Shown here one piece after another: positions 1 through 12,384 of a stretch of DNA of 64,000 nucleotides. The position numbers and the translations under genes were made by a program. The notes beneath the pieces are model-generated. The model ran no database searches and was not told where the DNA came from. It saw only the letters and a list, made by a program, of their open reading frames with translations. Source of the DNA: Azolla caroliniana (lineage: Eukaryota; Plantae; Polypodiophyta); the NCBI GenBank assembly GCA_043228905.1, contig JBHGNT010000009.1, positions 2,480,001-2,544,000 on the forward strand. Reading direction: 5' to 3'. Position 1 is the first letter of the stretch. Each line of letters opens with the position of its first letter.

Positions 1-321
1 TTGATAGGGTGTATAAGATAGATGATAGTCGTACACAATATGAGGGCTTGATCAAACCGATTAGATGGAGTTGTGAATTATAATAGATTATATAGATCTA
101 GGTAACTACGATTTAGACAAGAAAACTCAAGAAATTAAGATAAAAGGTAGGGAAGATGAGAAAGAGATAAGAATGTTATAATATTCTACTTCAAATCAAT
201 ACAAAGAGGATAAACTCCACAATGAACTTAAAAACCAAAGACCTTCTTACTACCCATCATTCCTAAGAACCATCTTCTTCCACTAAGATACCTCCTCCTA
301 ACACCCCTCCTCTATTAGGAT

Positions 322-1045
322 CATAGATTGACACATGCGTGATATTCGCCATATTCTCCATGCGTGATATTCTCAATATTCGAGAATACAAAATGGCCCT
401 AAGAATATTTAAAAACCATTCGTTTTGTAAAATAAATATACAAACAATTAATTAATTAATTAATTTAAAAATAAATAAATTTAATTCACTAAAAAAAAGA
501 ACAATTATTCATTAATAATTTATAAAAATATGATTAGTATAAACTCTCCTTTCTAGTGTCAAATAAAAAAAGAGGAGAGTTTATGAACCTTTATTTTATT
601 TAAATAATTGATTTTTTTATTTAAAAAAAACGAATATTTTTTTATTTACTATGAAAACATGATTAATGTGAAGTCTCAATTTTAATGTCACGTAAAAATA
701 TCCATAAATTTTGGGAAAAGAAAAGGTGAAGAATTAATGAACCTTTCTTTTATTTTATTTATTTATTAAAAATAAAGCGAAAATTTATTTTATTTTATTT
801 ATTTATTTGGTAAAGAATCAAGATCTCCAATGAAAATTTATTACTGTCAAGTCTCTCTCAACTCTCTATTTTATTATCCCCTTTTTATTGTCAAGTCCCC
901 CTTTTTTTCCTAAGAAACTAAAAGGAGGGAGTTCACCTCCTTTTTTTTACTTTTTTTTTTAAACGAATACTTGACCACACGAATGTATGCGTATTCGTTT
1001 GCATTCGAATGGAAAATCCCACGAATGCGAATATGTCAATCTATG
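322..1045. mobile_element. hAT-type MITE inserted in the 3' LTR of element H
   Basis: TIRs CATAGATTGACA (322-333) and TGTCAATCTATG (1034-1045); 8-bp TSD ATTAGGAT at 314-321 and 1046-1053; AT-rich non-coding interior. Confidence 0.92.
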
Positions 1046-1609
1046 ATTAGGATCCTCTTCTAAGACAATCACTTTCTCTTTTATAATTTTCTTCTTCTTC
1101 CTCGTTCACGCTATTTTTAGAAGCTTTTTATCTCCTATTTTAGCTAAGACCCAACGACCTTCTAATTTAGTGATTTAAAAAGATATAGATAGCTCTCTTT
1201 ACAAGCTTTCTAACCCATATTTAAACATAATATTTGGGTGAAAAACGAAGGAGTTATGACCATTCCTTTTTACTGATTTTTTTAATTCGCTTTTTCTCTT
1301 TTTAGTTTTCTCTTGGTCTCTTACTTTTACTTTTGACTTCTTCCTAAGGTCTTGGTTCGTGTTCTTAGCCTCCAAATGTGAATTATCCATACTTTATATT
1401 CTTCTAATGTTCAATGGCTTAGATTCTAAAAACACTTTCACATTTAGCCCTCCCCCTTGCTATGACGAAGCACTTAATGGTAGTACTTAACAAACGAAAA
1501 GCTCTCTCGCCAATCTCTTGGCTATAGACAATGAGAGAGATATAATAAAAAAGAAAATAAAAAGATGTGAGTAAAACCCCCGCTAATCGGTAGGAAAAAC
1601 CTCACACTT

Positions 1610-2845
1610 CTAAACACACACACACACACACACACATTGACAATTGCCATCACCATCTTTCTCCTTGTCAACACAAAGAAAGAGGTTACTACAGTTATTA
1701 TGTCTTTCTCCATACACAAGTAGGGCCATGGGATACATAACTCTTGATAGAAGTAAGCATGTCAACATATAAATGAATCTTTCAAGTGAGCAAACCTTTT
1801 GCACAAATACCTTCAAAGCTTCGAGACTTGTTGGAATGATCATCTTTTGAATTACGTTGATCTTTGAATTATCCACATCTTCTTGGCACAACACATTGTC
1901 CACACTACCTTGTTTTGTATAAATGACCATTTGATCTACAATCTCATCTCGGAAAGGAAGTGAAATTTGATCTCGTTTGGTCGAATCATTCAAGGGTTTG
2001 AAATTGATCTCATTCTTCTTTGGAACCAAAACTATAGGTGACACACACTTCAAATCTTCCATTTTATAATTGGAACTTTCTTGTAACCATGCGTTGAACT
2101 CTTGCATAAATTCTTCCTTTTGTTCAACACTCAGTTGCCGAAGATTTGGGGAAATTGATACACTTTCCTTCAAGTTGATGTGGTATTTGTTGCAAGCTTC
2201 TCCTCTTATCCCAAAACACTTGATGAACACATCCTTCACTATGCTTGTGCAATGCACCACTCCACTATCTACTACAACCACCCTTGCTGAAGATGACCTA
2301 CTAATAGGAATTCCCACTTTGTTTATTACAAATTCAGAAATCAAGCTTACCCTAGCACCACTATCAACCAAGACATCTTTGATGTGAAACCCTTTGATGG
2401 AGACCGGGATGGTTGGACGTATGTCCTTTCGATCTTCTACTCGTACGATCCCCACATAATGCACGGTCTTCCTACTTTGGCGGATACTTGCAAGCTTTCC
2501 CCACTCCTTTCGTAATGTGGGAGATAATTGGAGAAGTTGTGGCCATGTTATCCTTGGTTCACTCGATATCAATTCATGCTTCCGATTGAAAGCTTCTACA
2601 CCTTCTCCCATAGGAATATCCTCCATCTTTATCTTCCTTTTGGAGTGTCTCCTTCTCAATTTCTCCTCTTCCTCATTCTCCTTAGACTTCTTCTTTTGTC
2701 TCAAGGCACTAGATTCTCCATCAACTTCTTTCTCCTTTTGCGAGGCTCTTGTCATTTTCACAGGAGCTACTTCACAAGCATTATCGCTATCATCATTAAA
2801 ATTAAGAAGATTCACATTATGAGGAATTGTAGGAACCTGAGCCAT
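1610..2845 (-). pseudogene. pol: Gypsy gag tail, aspartic protease and collapsed RT remnant
   Basis: ITWPQLLQLSPTLRKEW pre-protease motif; protease VLVDSGARVSLIS; RT fragments SPIVLVPKK and KPLNDSTKRDQISLPFRDEIVDQM; no YxDD, RNase H or integrase. Confidence 0.75.
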
Positions 2846-2890
2846 AGGAAGTGTTATGGATTCGCCTCCTTCGACTCCATTGTTGATAGG

Positions 2891-3472
2891 TCATTGTCCA
2901 TTCCGTTGAACTTCATACATGCCTCTTTCCATACCTCTTTGTTGTCGATGAGGACATATTGTTGAGACGTGTCCCTCTTGACACGAATAACAAATTACAC
3001 CATGATGTCCTCTAGGGCCACCACCATCGGGAATAATGTTGTGAATTGCTTGGGATTGTCGCAAATGGGCCATCACTTCATCAAAGCGTTGATTCACCAA
3101 GGCCATAGTACCTTGTTCACTCTTTCCTTGCTCCACTTCTTGAAATATACTTGTTGGGTTTATTGTTGTGGTGGTGTACACATTTGGAAACACTTGTCCA
3201 CTATGCACAACTGAAGATGAGGTTTGAAGATTGGCACGAGCCATCGAATTTGCACCCAAAGCCATCATTTGGGGAAACCCCATTGAACTCATCATCTTCA
3301 CTTGTCGATCATAACCTTGACAAACTTGGAGAAGAGCTTGAAAAGTTGTTGGATCCTTCAAGCTTGCCTTAAATCTTGAACGGAAATGCATGTCAAGGCC
3401 CATCTTGAATCGTTCCACCTTAAACCACTCATCTTCAATGCCACCACGAAGACGAATCCACATCGTCCACAA
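2891..3472 (-). pseudogene. gag: Gypsy gag fragment
   Basis: Capsid-like KVERFKMGLDMHFR...DPTTFQALLQ and a degenerate zinc knuckle CYSCQEGHVSTIC. Confidence 0.7.
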
Positions 3473-4239
3473 ATCCTTGAAATTTCTTTCATACTGTATG
3501 AAACCAAAAGGTGATTACATCTTTAGTCGAAAAAGCTCATCCCTTACTTCCGTTGCACTTCACAGTGGAATGTATTTGGAAGCTTTTTATCTCCTATTTT
3601 AGCTAAGACCCAACGACCTTCTAATTTAGTGATTTAAAAAGATATAGATAGCTCTCTTTACAAGCTTTCTAACCCATATTTAAACATAATATTTGGGTGA
3701 AAAACGAAGGGGTTATGACTATTCCTTTTTTATTGTTTTTTATGATCCGCTTTTTCTCTTTTTAGTTTTCTCTTGGTCTCTTACTTTTACTTTTGACTTC
3801 TTCCTAAGGTCTTGGTCAATGTTGGGCAAACTTTTTAGCCCCTACCGGAAATTTTCCTGCTTCTCATGAACGTAACCGGAATTTTAAAATTTCAGCCGAT
3901 CACATTCCTACTAGCGACAATGTCAATCGGAACGTGTTGAATTTTTTTTTTGGCTGAATACCAAATAAAAAATCTAGCACAAATACCAAATCAAATCAAT
4001 CACAATTTTGGATCCCAAAAACTAAAGATATATATTTACCAAAAAAAAAATCTAACTTTGTAAACATAATTCACTTTTCAAACCTTTGTAAACTAGCATT
4101 AACAAAATATTCAATCAAATTAGATCTAATATATAGAAAGTTCCAAAACAAAATCGATCAAATTTACAAAGTTTCAATCTATATATTCTATGAAGTCCTC
4201 GATGTCATCATCATGCTCATGAGAAGTTCCTGTAAAAAT

Positions 4240-6192
4240 ATGACGATATGCCTTGCTTTCTCGCCACAACAAAATGCTGGCACTAAAGTCATGTTCTTCT
4301 AGATCAGGTCCTTCAATAGAGATTCAAATCAATGCATCAACCACATTGATTTTTAGCCTATTTCTATACTTATTTTTTATTAGATTTAGGTGACTAAAGC
4401 CTCTCTCACATGCTGTTGTAGAAGAACATTGAATTAACCCTATCAATAAAAGCTTTAGAAGTTCGGGTAGCTTTTCTTTCGACACATCATTACAATTTAT
4501 CATACCCCAAACATCTAAGAAATCTCTTCCAAGCCATAACGTGGTAGCTTGCCTTTTGAAAATTGCATATTTATCATACAATTTATCATTATCAATTATG
4601 GGAGAAAACACTTTCCCATCTATCATTTTTTGAATGCCATAAAAATTTCCAAGTGTTTTCAAGTCATTAAGACCCATAGTTTTTCGTGCTAAAATGCTTG
4701 TAGATCTGGTAGAAATGTTCATTGGTGATAACATTTTTAATGCGGAAAGAGTTACCGGATCTTGAAGCCTCTTTTTTATTGTCTCTATTAATGCCTTAGA
4801 AAATAAAGTTTGGAATCGTATGGCTTCAATTAAGTCCTCACCATCAATACATCTATCCATGAGGATGCTTTTATAGATATTACCTTTAATAACATCTCTT
4901 AAAACTGAAAGCATTCCTTTTTCTCTACAATATTCTGGAATAATTGGATAATTATAGCTATCCTTCTCAAAACCATTGAGATCCATCATAACATGATGTA
5001 AAAATTGTTCTTCTATCTTCCCAATGGCTATCATAGCCAAACCTCCAATGCATGTCACATCCACATTTTCCTTTTGGAATTCCATACTTAACGTAGACAT
5101 GATCTTAAGTACATCTGCAAGGAAGTGAAACATATGCACTACTTTGAAGTTTCTTAAACTTAAGAATACATTGTATGCATCACTTTGCGATTGCAAAGTC
5201 TTCATCGAGGGTTCATACACATCACATACCCTCATGATAGCACCATGTCGACTAAGCCATCTTGTCTTCACAATCCCAAGAATATGCAAATGTGTGTATT
5301 CTAATGCATCTTGCATCTTAGTTAATTCACCTTGGCGCATTGAGCTCCTCGAGAAATATGCAGCCACCCGATTCACAAGGGCATCTAACTGCTTGCATGT
5401 TTCTTTGACTTCAATGTTCTTTGAAGCCTCTTGCACACACAAGTTTGTTCGATGTGCACAACAATGTATAACAATGTAATGAAGTCACTTCCATCGCTTC
5501 CAAATCCCATCATTTTTTTAACATCTAAGTTCCACTTTTTTAACAATGTTAAAAAGCTTTTTGTTATTGTGTTTGATGTAACATCCTCTACATCAAGTAA
5601 CCCCAAATAAGAGGTTCGTACTTGTCTTCCTTCCACAAATGTAGCATAAAGGATCAAGTTCTTGGTTACGCTTACATCGGTAGCTTCATCTATCATAAGC
5701 CCAAACCAAGGACTTTTCCTCAACCTATCATATATCTCAGCTTCAAAAGCCTTCCTAATGTGCAATATAAAGCTTGCACAAGCTTTATTATCGTTATACA
5801 TTCGTGGAAGGCCATGCCAAAAACAGGTGGCCTAATGCATGTTCTTCTAATGCACCTGTTTTACCAAATGAAGACTTACAATGAGGATCACTCCTACAAT
5901 AACTACACCATTGAAGACCAGTTTCCAAATTCTCTTTAAGCCACTTAAATTTAGTAAGCCAATCTTCTTGAAATTTTAGTTTGGCCTTACTAATTCTATT
6001 CATCTCATGAAGTAACTCTTTAGAGTGTTGATGGTCCTTTATAGGCTCTTTTAGAGACACATCTTCATTGGAAGATGGCAAGTTTTTCCTAAAACCAGGC
6101 ATTGTAAAGAGGTTGATTTGCTTTCCTTTGCCTTTCGTATTTTTGTTGTGGGACATACTGTAACAATAATGTAGAGAGCATTGGACTAACAT
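4240..6192 (-). pseudogene. hAT transposase (ZNF862/DUF4371 type) with frameshifts and a premature stop
   Basis: TTF-type zinc finger (FQEDWLTKFKWL...WCSYC); DUF4371-like WFGLMIDEATDVS and GFGSDG; TRWLSR; dimerisation domain CSSTTACERGFSHLNLIKNKYRNRL. It is split over three ORFs and continues as ISIEGPDLEEHDF past the TGA at 4324-4326. Confidence 0.9.
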
Positions 6193-7914
6193 AATCTATG
6201 GATTCCATTTACAAGAAGGGAAAACATACATACACAATCCATGTTTTCCAAAGAGAAAAAACAAATTAAGATACATGGGATATTTGAAGATTACGAGGCA
6301 ATAAAGGATCAAGTTTCCACTATAGATTTTCCAATCTATCAAAAAATAAAGAAGAAATAGGATGGCTCACATTAGCTTAAACACACATGAAAATCCATGT
6401 ATGTAAATGTGAAAGACATTGAGGGAACAAATATATTACAAACAATATTGAAGGAAAAGATCAAGAGAAAAAAGGTAGTGTATATATTAAAACAAGAGGA
6501 CAATAGAAATGCAAGATAATAATGCTCGTCGAGTTTTCATGAACCCCTAAATAATTGAGTTTGAACTCATAAGATGTAATAAAACATAAAATTGATTGAA
6601 TATAATATGTTTACCAAGAAACAAACGATAAAAAATAACACTTTTTGGAGTTAAGAGATGTGTGCAAGTTGGGAAAGGAATCTTGGAGTTAAATTTACAA
6701 ATATGAAACGTTTCACCATTTAAATGATCTATAAAAGATAAATAAGGGTGTTAAACAACTAGATGTAATTATCCACATGCTAAGAGTCTTATTATGTGCC
6801 TTTATAAGGTTCAATCTCAACAATAATGATATCCCTTAGACGATTGTCTTGCAAAATTGTTTCATGTATAGAAAGTCGATTGTCAATAGCTCTACAACAT
6901 ATTGTCACTTCCCAATGAGATATAGCATTGGAGAGGGTTGTGGAGTACAACTTTAGAGAATTTCATGGGAAGTAAAAATGTTAAAAAGATAGAACAACAA
7001 ATATGTGAGTTCACATGGATGCAAGAAATACAAAAATGGTTTGGAAAATGGTATGCACCACATGTGAGAGCTTGAGAGTGATGTGGAGTTTCATCCTTTA
7101 CACATTCATTGGTGAAACTCTTGTGCCAAGAGCCACTAAGGAACTCTCCACATGCTAGGTGCAAATGTGGCACCTTGGTTCCATAAACCATACTTCATAT
7201 TATTAAAAGAAACTTTTCATATCAGTCTTAGAGAAGGTTTTGTCAAGTGGCATCAACATATATATTTGTTCCATTGAATTTCCATTACATTTAGAGTAGG
7301 TTAAATGTATGACCCTATAAAACGTTTTGGCAAGCCTTTTTGTGAATAACCCAATTTGGGAGTACATAGAAATTTCCTATGGTATTCAACATTAGTGAAG
7401 CTTCAAGACTTGCTAGGAGTGCAAGGAACCTGGTCATTTACCTTTTAGGCGCAATGAAATAAACATTTTGTCATGAACAATTGATCAATCAAACACTCTT
7501 GATATTGTCATTAAAAATAAATGTCCTCGCTACAAATTTTTGTGCCATGCAAATTTGTACATGTGTGATAAAATGTATAATTCAAGTGTTTTTTTCAACC
7601 ACAATGGATTACTACAAACTAGGAACTAAAGAAAAATGCACAAAACAGTGTACCTTTAGCAATACTATTGAATTTCAATGTGTTTCTTTTTGTCTTAAAA
7701 AAACCACATTCTCATTTTTTTGCCATATAGAAAAACAAAGAATGGAGAACATATTCAATGAAAGAGAAAAACAAAGAAAACAAATAAAAATAAGAGAGAA
7801 TTCATAAACAGAGAAACAAAAACAGAATTACTTCAAAGTGGTAGAGTGGTGAACGAAAAATGTCGTGCAATCAATCAGAAGCGATAGGGAGCAGCGAATA
7901 GTGAGCAAGCACGG

Positions 7915-8200
7915 ACGAGCAATGGGCAGCGAGCGAGCAAGGAGGAGCAATCAACAACAAGCGAGCAGGGATGAGCAATCGGCAACGAGCGAGCGGGGAG
8001 GAGCAATCGACAACGAGTAAGTAGGGAGGAGCAATCAACAACGAGGGAGCAGGGAGGAGCAATGGGCAACGAGCGAGTAGGGAGGAGTAATTGACAACGA
8101 GCGATCAAAGAGGAGCAATCAGCAACATACAGAGCAAGGAGGAGCAATCGGCAACGAGCAAGCAAGGAGGAGCAATCAACAACGAGCGAGCAAGGAACAA
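7915..8200 (+). repeat. Tandem minisatellite, unit about 28-30 bp (GGAGCAATCRRCAACGAGCGAGCAGGGA), about 10 copies, inside the hAT element
   Basis: Repeated GAGCAAT...CAACGAGC units are visible; the overlapping ORFs are repetitive and low complexity. Confidence 0.85.
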
Positions 8201-8443
8201 GGAAGGAGTAACAAAAATGGAACAACGTGATGCGAAGAAGAAAGAATGGAGCAACGCTACGCGAAGAATGCAATAGACAGGGAGCAACGAGCAACACGAA
8301 GAGGGAAAAACAGGGAAAGCAGTGATTTTTAAACAATACAAAAGAAGGAAGAACAACGAAAAAGAGGGGAAAAAGATAAATTTACATACATACACAAAAT
8401 CTATATAAATAGTCGGCTCATAAAATATGAGCCGGCTAGATTC

Positions 8444-11107
8444 TGTTACCGTACGAGACGTACGTGTGATGGATAAGTGTGATAAGTGAGGGTGAAAGAT
8501 GTAATGTGTTGATATGTATGTGTAATCTTATACGATTATGAGTGTGAGTGTGGTGGATACAAAGAGGTGTGAGTGAGTGACTAGGTGTGAATGCCCAAGG
8601 GGCTTACACCCTTGTGGATCTACTACCCCTTTGTACCTATTTAACCCCTTATAGGGAATGAATGAAGGGAACAATATAACCAATTTCTCTCTCTCTCTCT
8701 CTTTAACATATTTCTCTCTCTCTCTCTCCCCTTACGTTGAACCCCCTTGGGAGGGGGGTGGAGCCATTCTAGGCACCACCCCCCACCCCTCAATGCTTGT
8801 CTTGTTCTTCATGATCTCTCACCATCATCATCACACATACATTATCAATCTACCATGATTGTTAACCCTATTCCTATCTTTATCATTATCATCATAATTT
8901 AACCCTAACCCTAAAACCAATAACACTATTTGGCGACCACTAAGGCAACCTCCCTTTCGAGACGAAGTCGAAGAAGACTAATACGTGGTAGAGACAAATA
9001 CGACGAAATGTGTGATAATGATGACGATGATGTGCGAGAAATTGAATCGGTAATGTGCAGGAAATGGTGACCACAATGTGTTGGAAATGGCCATGATAAC
9101 GAAAAAAAGAAACAATCATAGCGACAACCGGAATGATGAAGAAATCGACAACAACGATGGCCGGACCGAAGATGAGCGGGACGACAACAACCGGACAACC
9201 GAAAAGACATGGCCGTTCGTGCCGAACAACAACAAAGATGGAGACGGCCGGACAACAGTTCGAGCGGTCAGATAGGCCGGAGAGTGACCGGACAGGAGCA
9301 ACCGGAGTGGTCGAAGTGGCCGGAGAGCGGTCGAAATGGCCAAACAACTGCTGAAGAGCAGCCAGACGATCGGACGGTGACGGAGACGGGCGGACCTCGG
9401 CCAAAACAGTGGCCGAACAGGGCCGACAAGGCCGGCGACAGAGACATCTAGAGATGGACCAGATAGACATGGCCGGATGGGCCAGACAACGGAAAGAGCG
9501 GCCAGTAGGGCCGGAAACTGGCTTGAATAGCTAGACAGTGGCTAGAGCGGCCGGAGAACCGGACGAGACGACCGGGACGATGGACCGAACGCACGGTCGG
9601 AAGAGGAGGACGACGACCGGACACCAACAGAGACGGAGGAGAGACCGGAGAGCGACCTAAGAGCGGTTGTAGTGGCCGAACGGAGGCGTCTGGACAAGGA
9701 CGACATCAGTGGTCGGAGATGGCCACGGCGGGAGATGGAGACGGACGAGCGGCCAAAGAGTGGCCGAGGATCTGCCGAAGCGGCAATAATAGCCGAACAG
9801 TGGCCGGAGTGGCCAAACGGGCTGGACAGATGACCAACCACAACAACCAAAACAAAGACAACACAGACAAGAAAGAGGCAGACATGCAGAAAATAAGAAG
9901 AAGAGAGAAGAGAAATGCAAGGAAGAAGAAGAACAATGAAGGAAGAAAAAGAAGATGTCATGGAAGAAGAGAAAGGCATGAACAGATAGACACGAAGTGG
10001 AAGAAACAGAGATAGAAGAAGAAAGAGAGAGGAGGAAAAGAAAGACAGGAAGAGGAGAAGAAGCAACGATTAACACCAAGAAGGAGGAAGAAGATGCAAA
10101 CAACACGCAGGAGAAAACGTAAGAAGAAAAACAATATAAAAAAAATGAGAGGGAAAAAGAGAAGAGAGGGGCATGCAAATAAATTTTAAAATGTTAAGGG
10201 TAGCAACCTAAAATTTCAGAAACTTGGGGGTATATAATAAAAATTTTCAAAACTCGAGGGTATATAATAAAAATTTGAAAAATCAAAGGGCACTTACGAA
10301 AATTTGAAAACTCATCAACCTAAAAGAAATGGACGTGATCAACACACAACTCACAAAATCAACAAAAGGAACACACATACATACAACGTTTTTTTTGACG
10401 ACCCAAATGATGTTACCAAAGTTCGTAAGTCGACAGAACGAGAATGTTCGTGTCGCAGAAGAGTCGTTGACTGACGGAGATGTTCGAGTCAAGCGCTCCG
10501 ATCGAGGGAGTTAATTGTTGAGAGGACTAATTGAAATTCCGGTCGAAGTAAAATTATGATCAAGGCATGTGGGATCGACGTGCAAGGCACTCTCCCACGG
10601 GCGTGCCATATTGTGTTACCGTACGAGACGTACGTGTGATGGATAAGTGTGATAAGTGAGGGTAAAAGATGTAATGTGTTGATATGTATGTGTAATCTTA
10701 TACGATTATGAGTGTGAGTGTGGTGGATACAAAGAGGTGTGAGTGAGTGACTAGGTGTGAATGCCCAAGGGGCTTACACCCTTGTGGATCTACTACCCCT
10801 TTGTACCTATTTAACCCCTTATGGAGAATGAATGAAGGGAACAATATAACCAATTTCTCTCTCTCTCTCTCTCTCTCTCTCTTTGACATATTTCTCTCTC
10901 TCTCTCTCTCTCCCCCCTTACGTTGAACCCCCTTGGGAGGGGGGTGGAGCCATTCTAGGCACCACCCTCCACCCCTCAATACTTGTCTTGTTCTTCATGA
11001 TCTCTCACCATCACCATCACACATACATTATCAATCTACCATGATTGTTAACCCTATTCCTATCTTTATCATTATCATCATTAACCCTAACCCTAAATCC
11101 TATAACA
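8444..11107 (+). mobile_element. Non-autonomous, non-coding LTR retrotransposon (element A) nested in the hAT element
   Basis: Near-identical LTRs 8444-8925 and 10614-11107 (TGTTACC...TAACA); 5-bp TSD GATTC at 8439-8443 and 11108-11112; PBS-like TGGCGACCAC at 8931-8940; 1.7-kb interior with no gag or pol motif. Confidence 0.93.
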
Positions 11108-11320
11108 GATTCCAGCCAGTAAGAAAACTTGGCCGGAATCAATTCCAGCTCTCTCTGATGGTGACCAGCAAAAGTCCTAATTCAACCGGAACCTTGACAC
11201 TATTCTTGGGACTTTGCCCAACACTGGTCTTGGTTCGTGTTCTTAGCCACCAAATGTGAAGTATCCATACGTTATATTCTTCTAATGTTCAATGGCTTAG
11301 ATTCTAAAAACACTTTCACA

Positions 11321-11698
11321 TTAATGATGTCACTTTTCGTCTTGATCTACCTTTGCAACTACGGTTACATCCGGTTTTTCATAGTTCTCTTCTCGAACCC
11401 TATCAAGACAACACTATTCCGAATCGTATTACACCACCTCCACCCCCCGACTGAGCTTGAAGCAGGACCGGAGAACGAAGTTGATGCCATCCTCGATTCC
11501 AAGATAGTTCGCAACAAGCTTGACTATTTGGTCGATTGGCTAGGCTATAGTCCAAGAGAGCATACTTGGGAACCAGTCGAGAATGTCGCAAATGCTCGAG
11601 CTCTTATTGAGGACTTTCATCGACAATATTCCGAGAAACCAGGTCCTCCATCTAAGACGCCTTGTAACAATCATTGTCTTAAGAGGACGGGGGGGTAG
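11321..11698 (+). pseudogene. pol: Chromovirus integrase C-terminus and chromodomain fragment (host of element H)
   Basis: NDVTFRLDLP then ENEVDAILDSKIVRNKLDYLVDWLGYSPREHTWEPVENV, matching the C-terminus of the intact Pol at 50434; purine tract at 11681-11698. Confidence 0.88.
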
Positions 11699-12010
11699 TG
11701 TCATGATGTAGCATGGTATGGCTTCAAATGAATTTGAACCCATGAACTTGTGTCACATAGGTTGATGCCCTACCATTAAGCTATATATTGTAATACAAAG
11801 AATATTATTTCCATTTATTATTTCACTTAGGAAATCCATGTATATTCTAGATTTATGGGGAACATTCTAGAAATGTCAAGAGTACTCCTAAGCATACTAT
11901 AAAAAGAGGCACCCGGCATTATTGAGAACCAATTCGATTCAACGTCAAGCTTAAGCCTTCTAGCTATTCTTGTATATTCTCTTCATATAATATAATATAT
12001 CTTTGTTATC

Positions 12011-12054
<44 letters not shown>

Positions 12055-12138
12055 AGAATTCTACATCTTCTTTTCCTCTTAGTACTAATCCTCATCTCTA
12101 GTACTAATTCCCTCTTTGCCTTAGTACTATTCTTGACA
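11699..12138 (+). mobile_element. 3' LTR of a Tcn1-like chromovirus
   Basis: TGTCATG...CTTGACA directly after the PPT; TATA box near 11898; same layout as the LTRs at 49980 and 55231. Confidence 0.85.
11721..11790 (-). promoter_or_regulatory. tRNA-like Pol III A-box/B-box module in LTR U3
   Basis: A box TAGCTTAATGG (11783-11773) and B box GGTTCAAATTC (11740-11730); starts 43 nt apart. Confidence 0.7.
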
Positions 12139-12290
12139 TGAGGAAAATCAGGAGTTTGAAGAAGGCCCTGAGCAGGTCATTCTCGATGAAGGATATGGGT
12201 TCGGCAAAGCAAATCCTGGGGATGCACATTGTTCGGGATCGGACAAAGAATGTAATATGGTTGTCACAGGAGAAATACATGACAAAAATA
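12139..12290 (+). pseudogene. Ty1/copia RT fragment
   Basis: Translates to RKIRSLKKALSRSFSMKDMGSAKQILGMHIVRDRTKNVIWLSQEKY, similar to 26920-27060. Confidence 0.8.
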
Positions 12291-12384
12291 TAATATTTCC
12301 CTTTCAATTCTCCGTCTTTCTTTGTCTTAGCACTATACTTCTCTCTCTCTTGACACTATTCATCTAAAATATTGTGCATTGTCG

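Larger units (their letters stand above)
3817..11226 (-). mobile_element. hAT DNA transposon with ZNF862-like transposase, inserted into the 5' LTR of element H
   Basis: TIRs CAATGTTGGGCAAA (3817-3830) and TTTGCCCAACACTG (11213-11226); 8-bp TSD GTCTTGGT at 3809-3816 and 11227-11234; the host LTR resumes exactly after the TSD. Confidence 0.93.
1..11320 (-). mobile_element. Degenerate, internally deleted Ty3/gypsy LTR retrotransposon (element H); left end runs off the window
   Basis: LTR sequence 1120-1442 is repeated at 3579-3816 plus 11227-11320, where it is split by a hAT insertion. Both copies start TGTGAAAG on the minus strand (1442, 11320). A minus-strand PPT AAGGGGGAGGGCTAAA at 1443-1458 abuts the 3' LTR. 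The 5' LTR is truncated at 3579. Confidence 0.8.

Noticed and set aside
6820-7600. Possible captured gene fragment inside the hAT element
   Set aside because: Only short interrupted ORFs with no motif I can assign; needs a translated search.
8901-8915. Telomere-like AACCCTAACCCTAAA
   Set aside because: Only two units and present at the end of both LTRs of element A; a telo-box-like LTR motif, not an interstitial telomere.
7871-10178. Many overlapping ORFs in the minisatellite and in the interior of element A
   Set aside because: Low-complexity translations of repeats and purine-rich tracts with no protein motifs.
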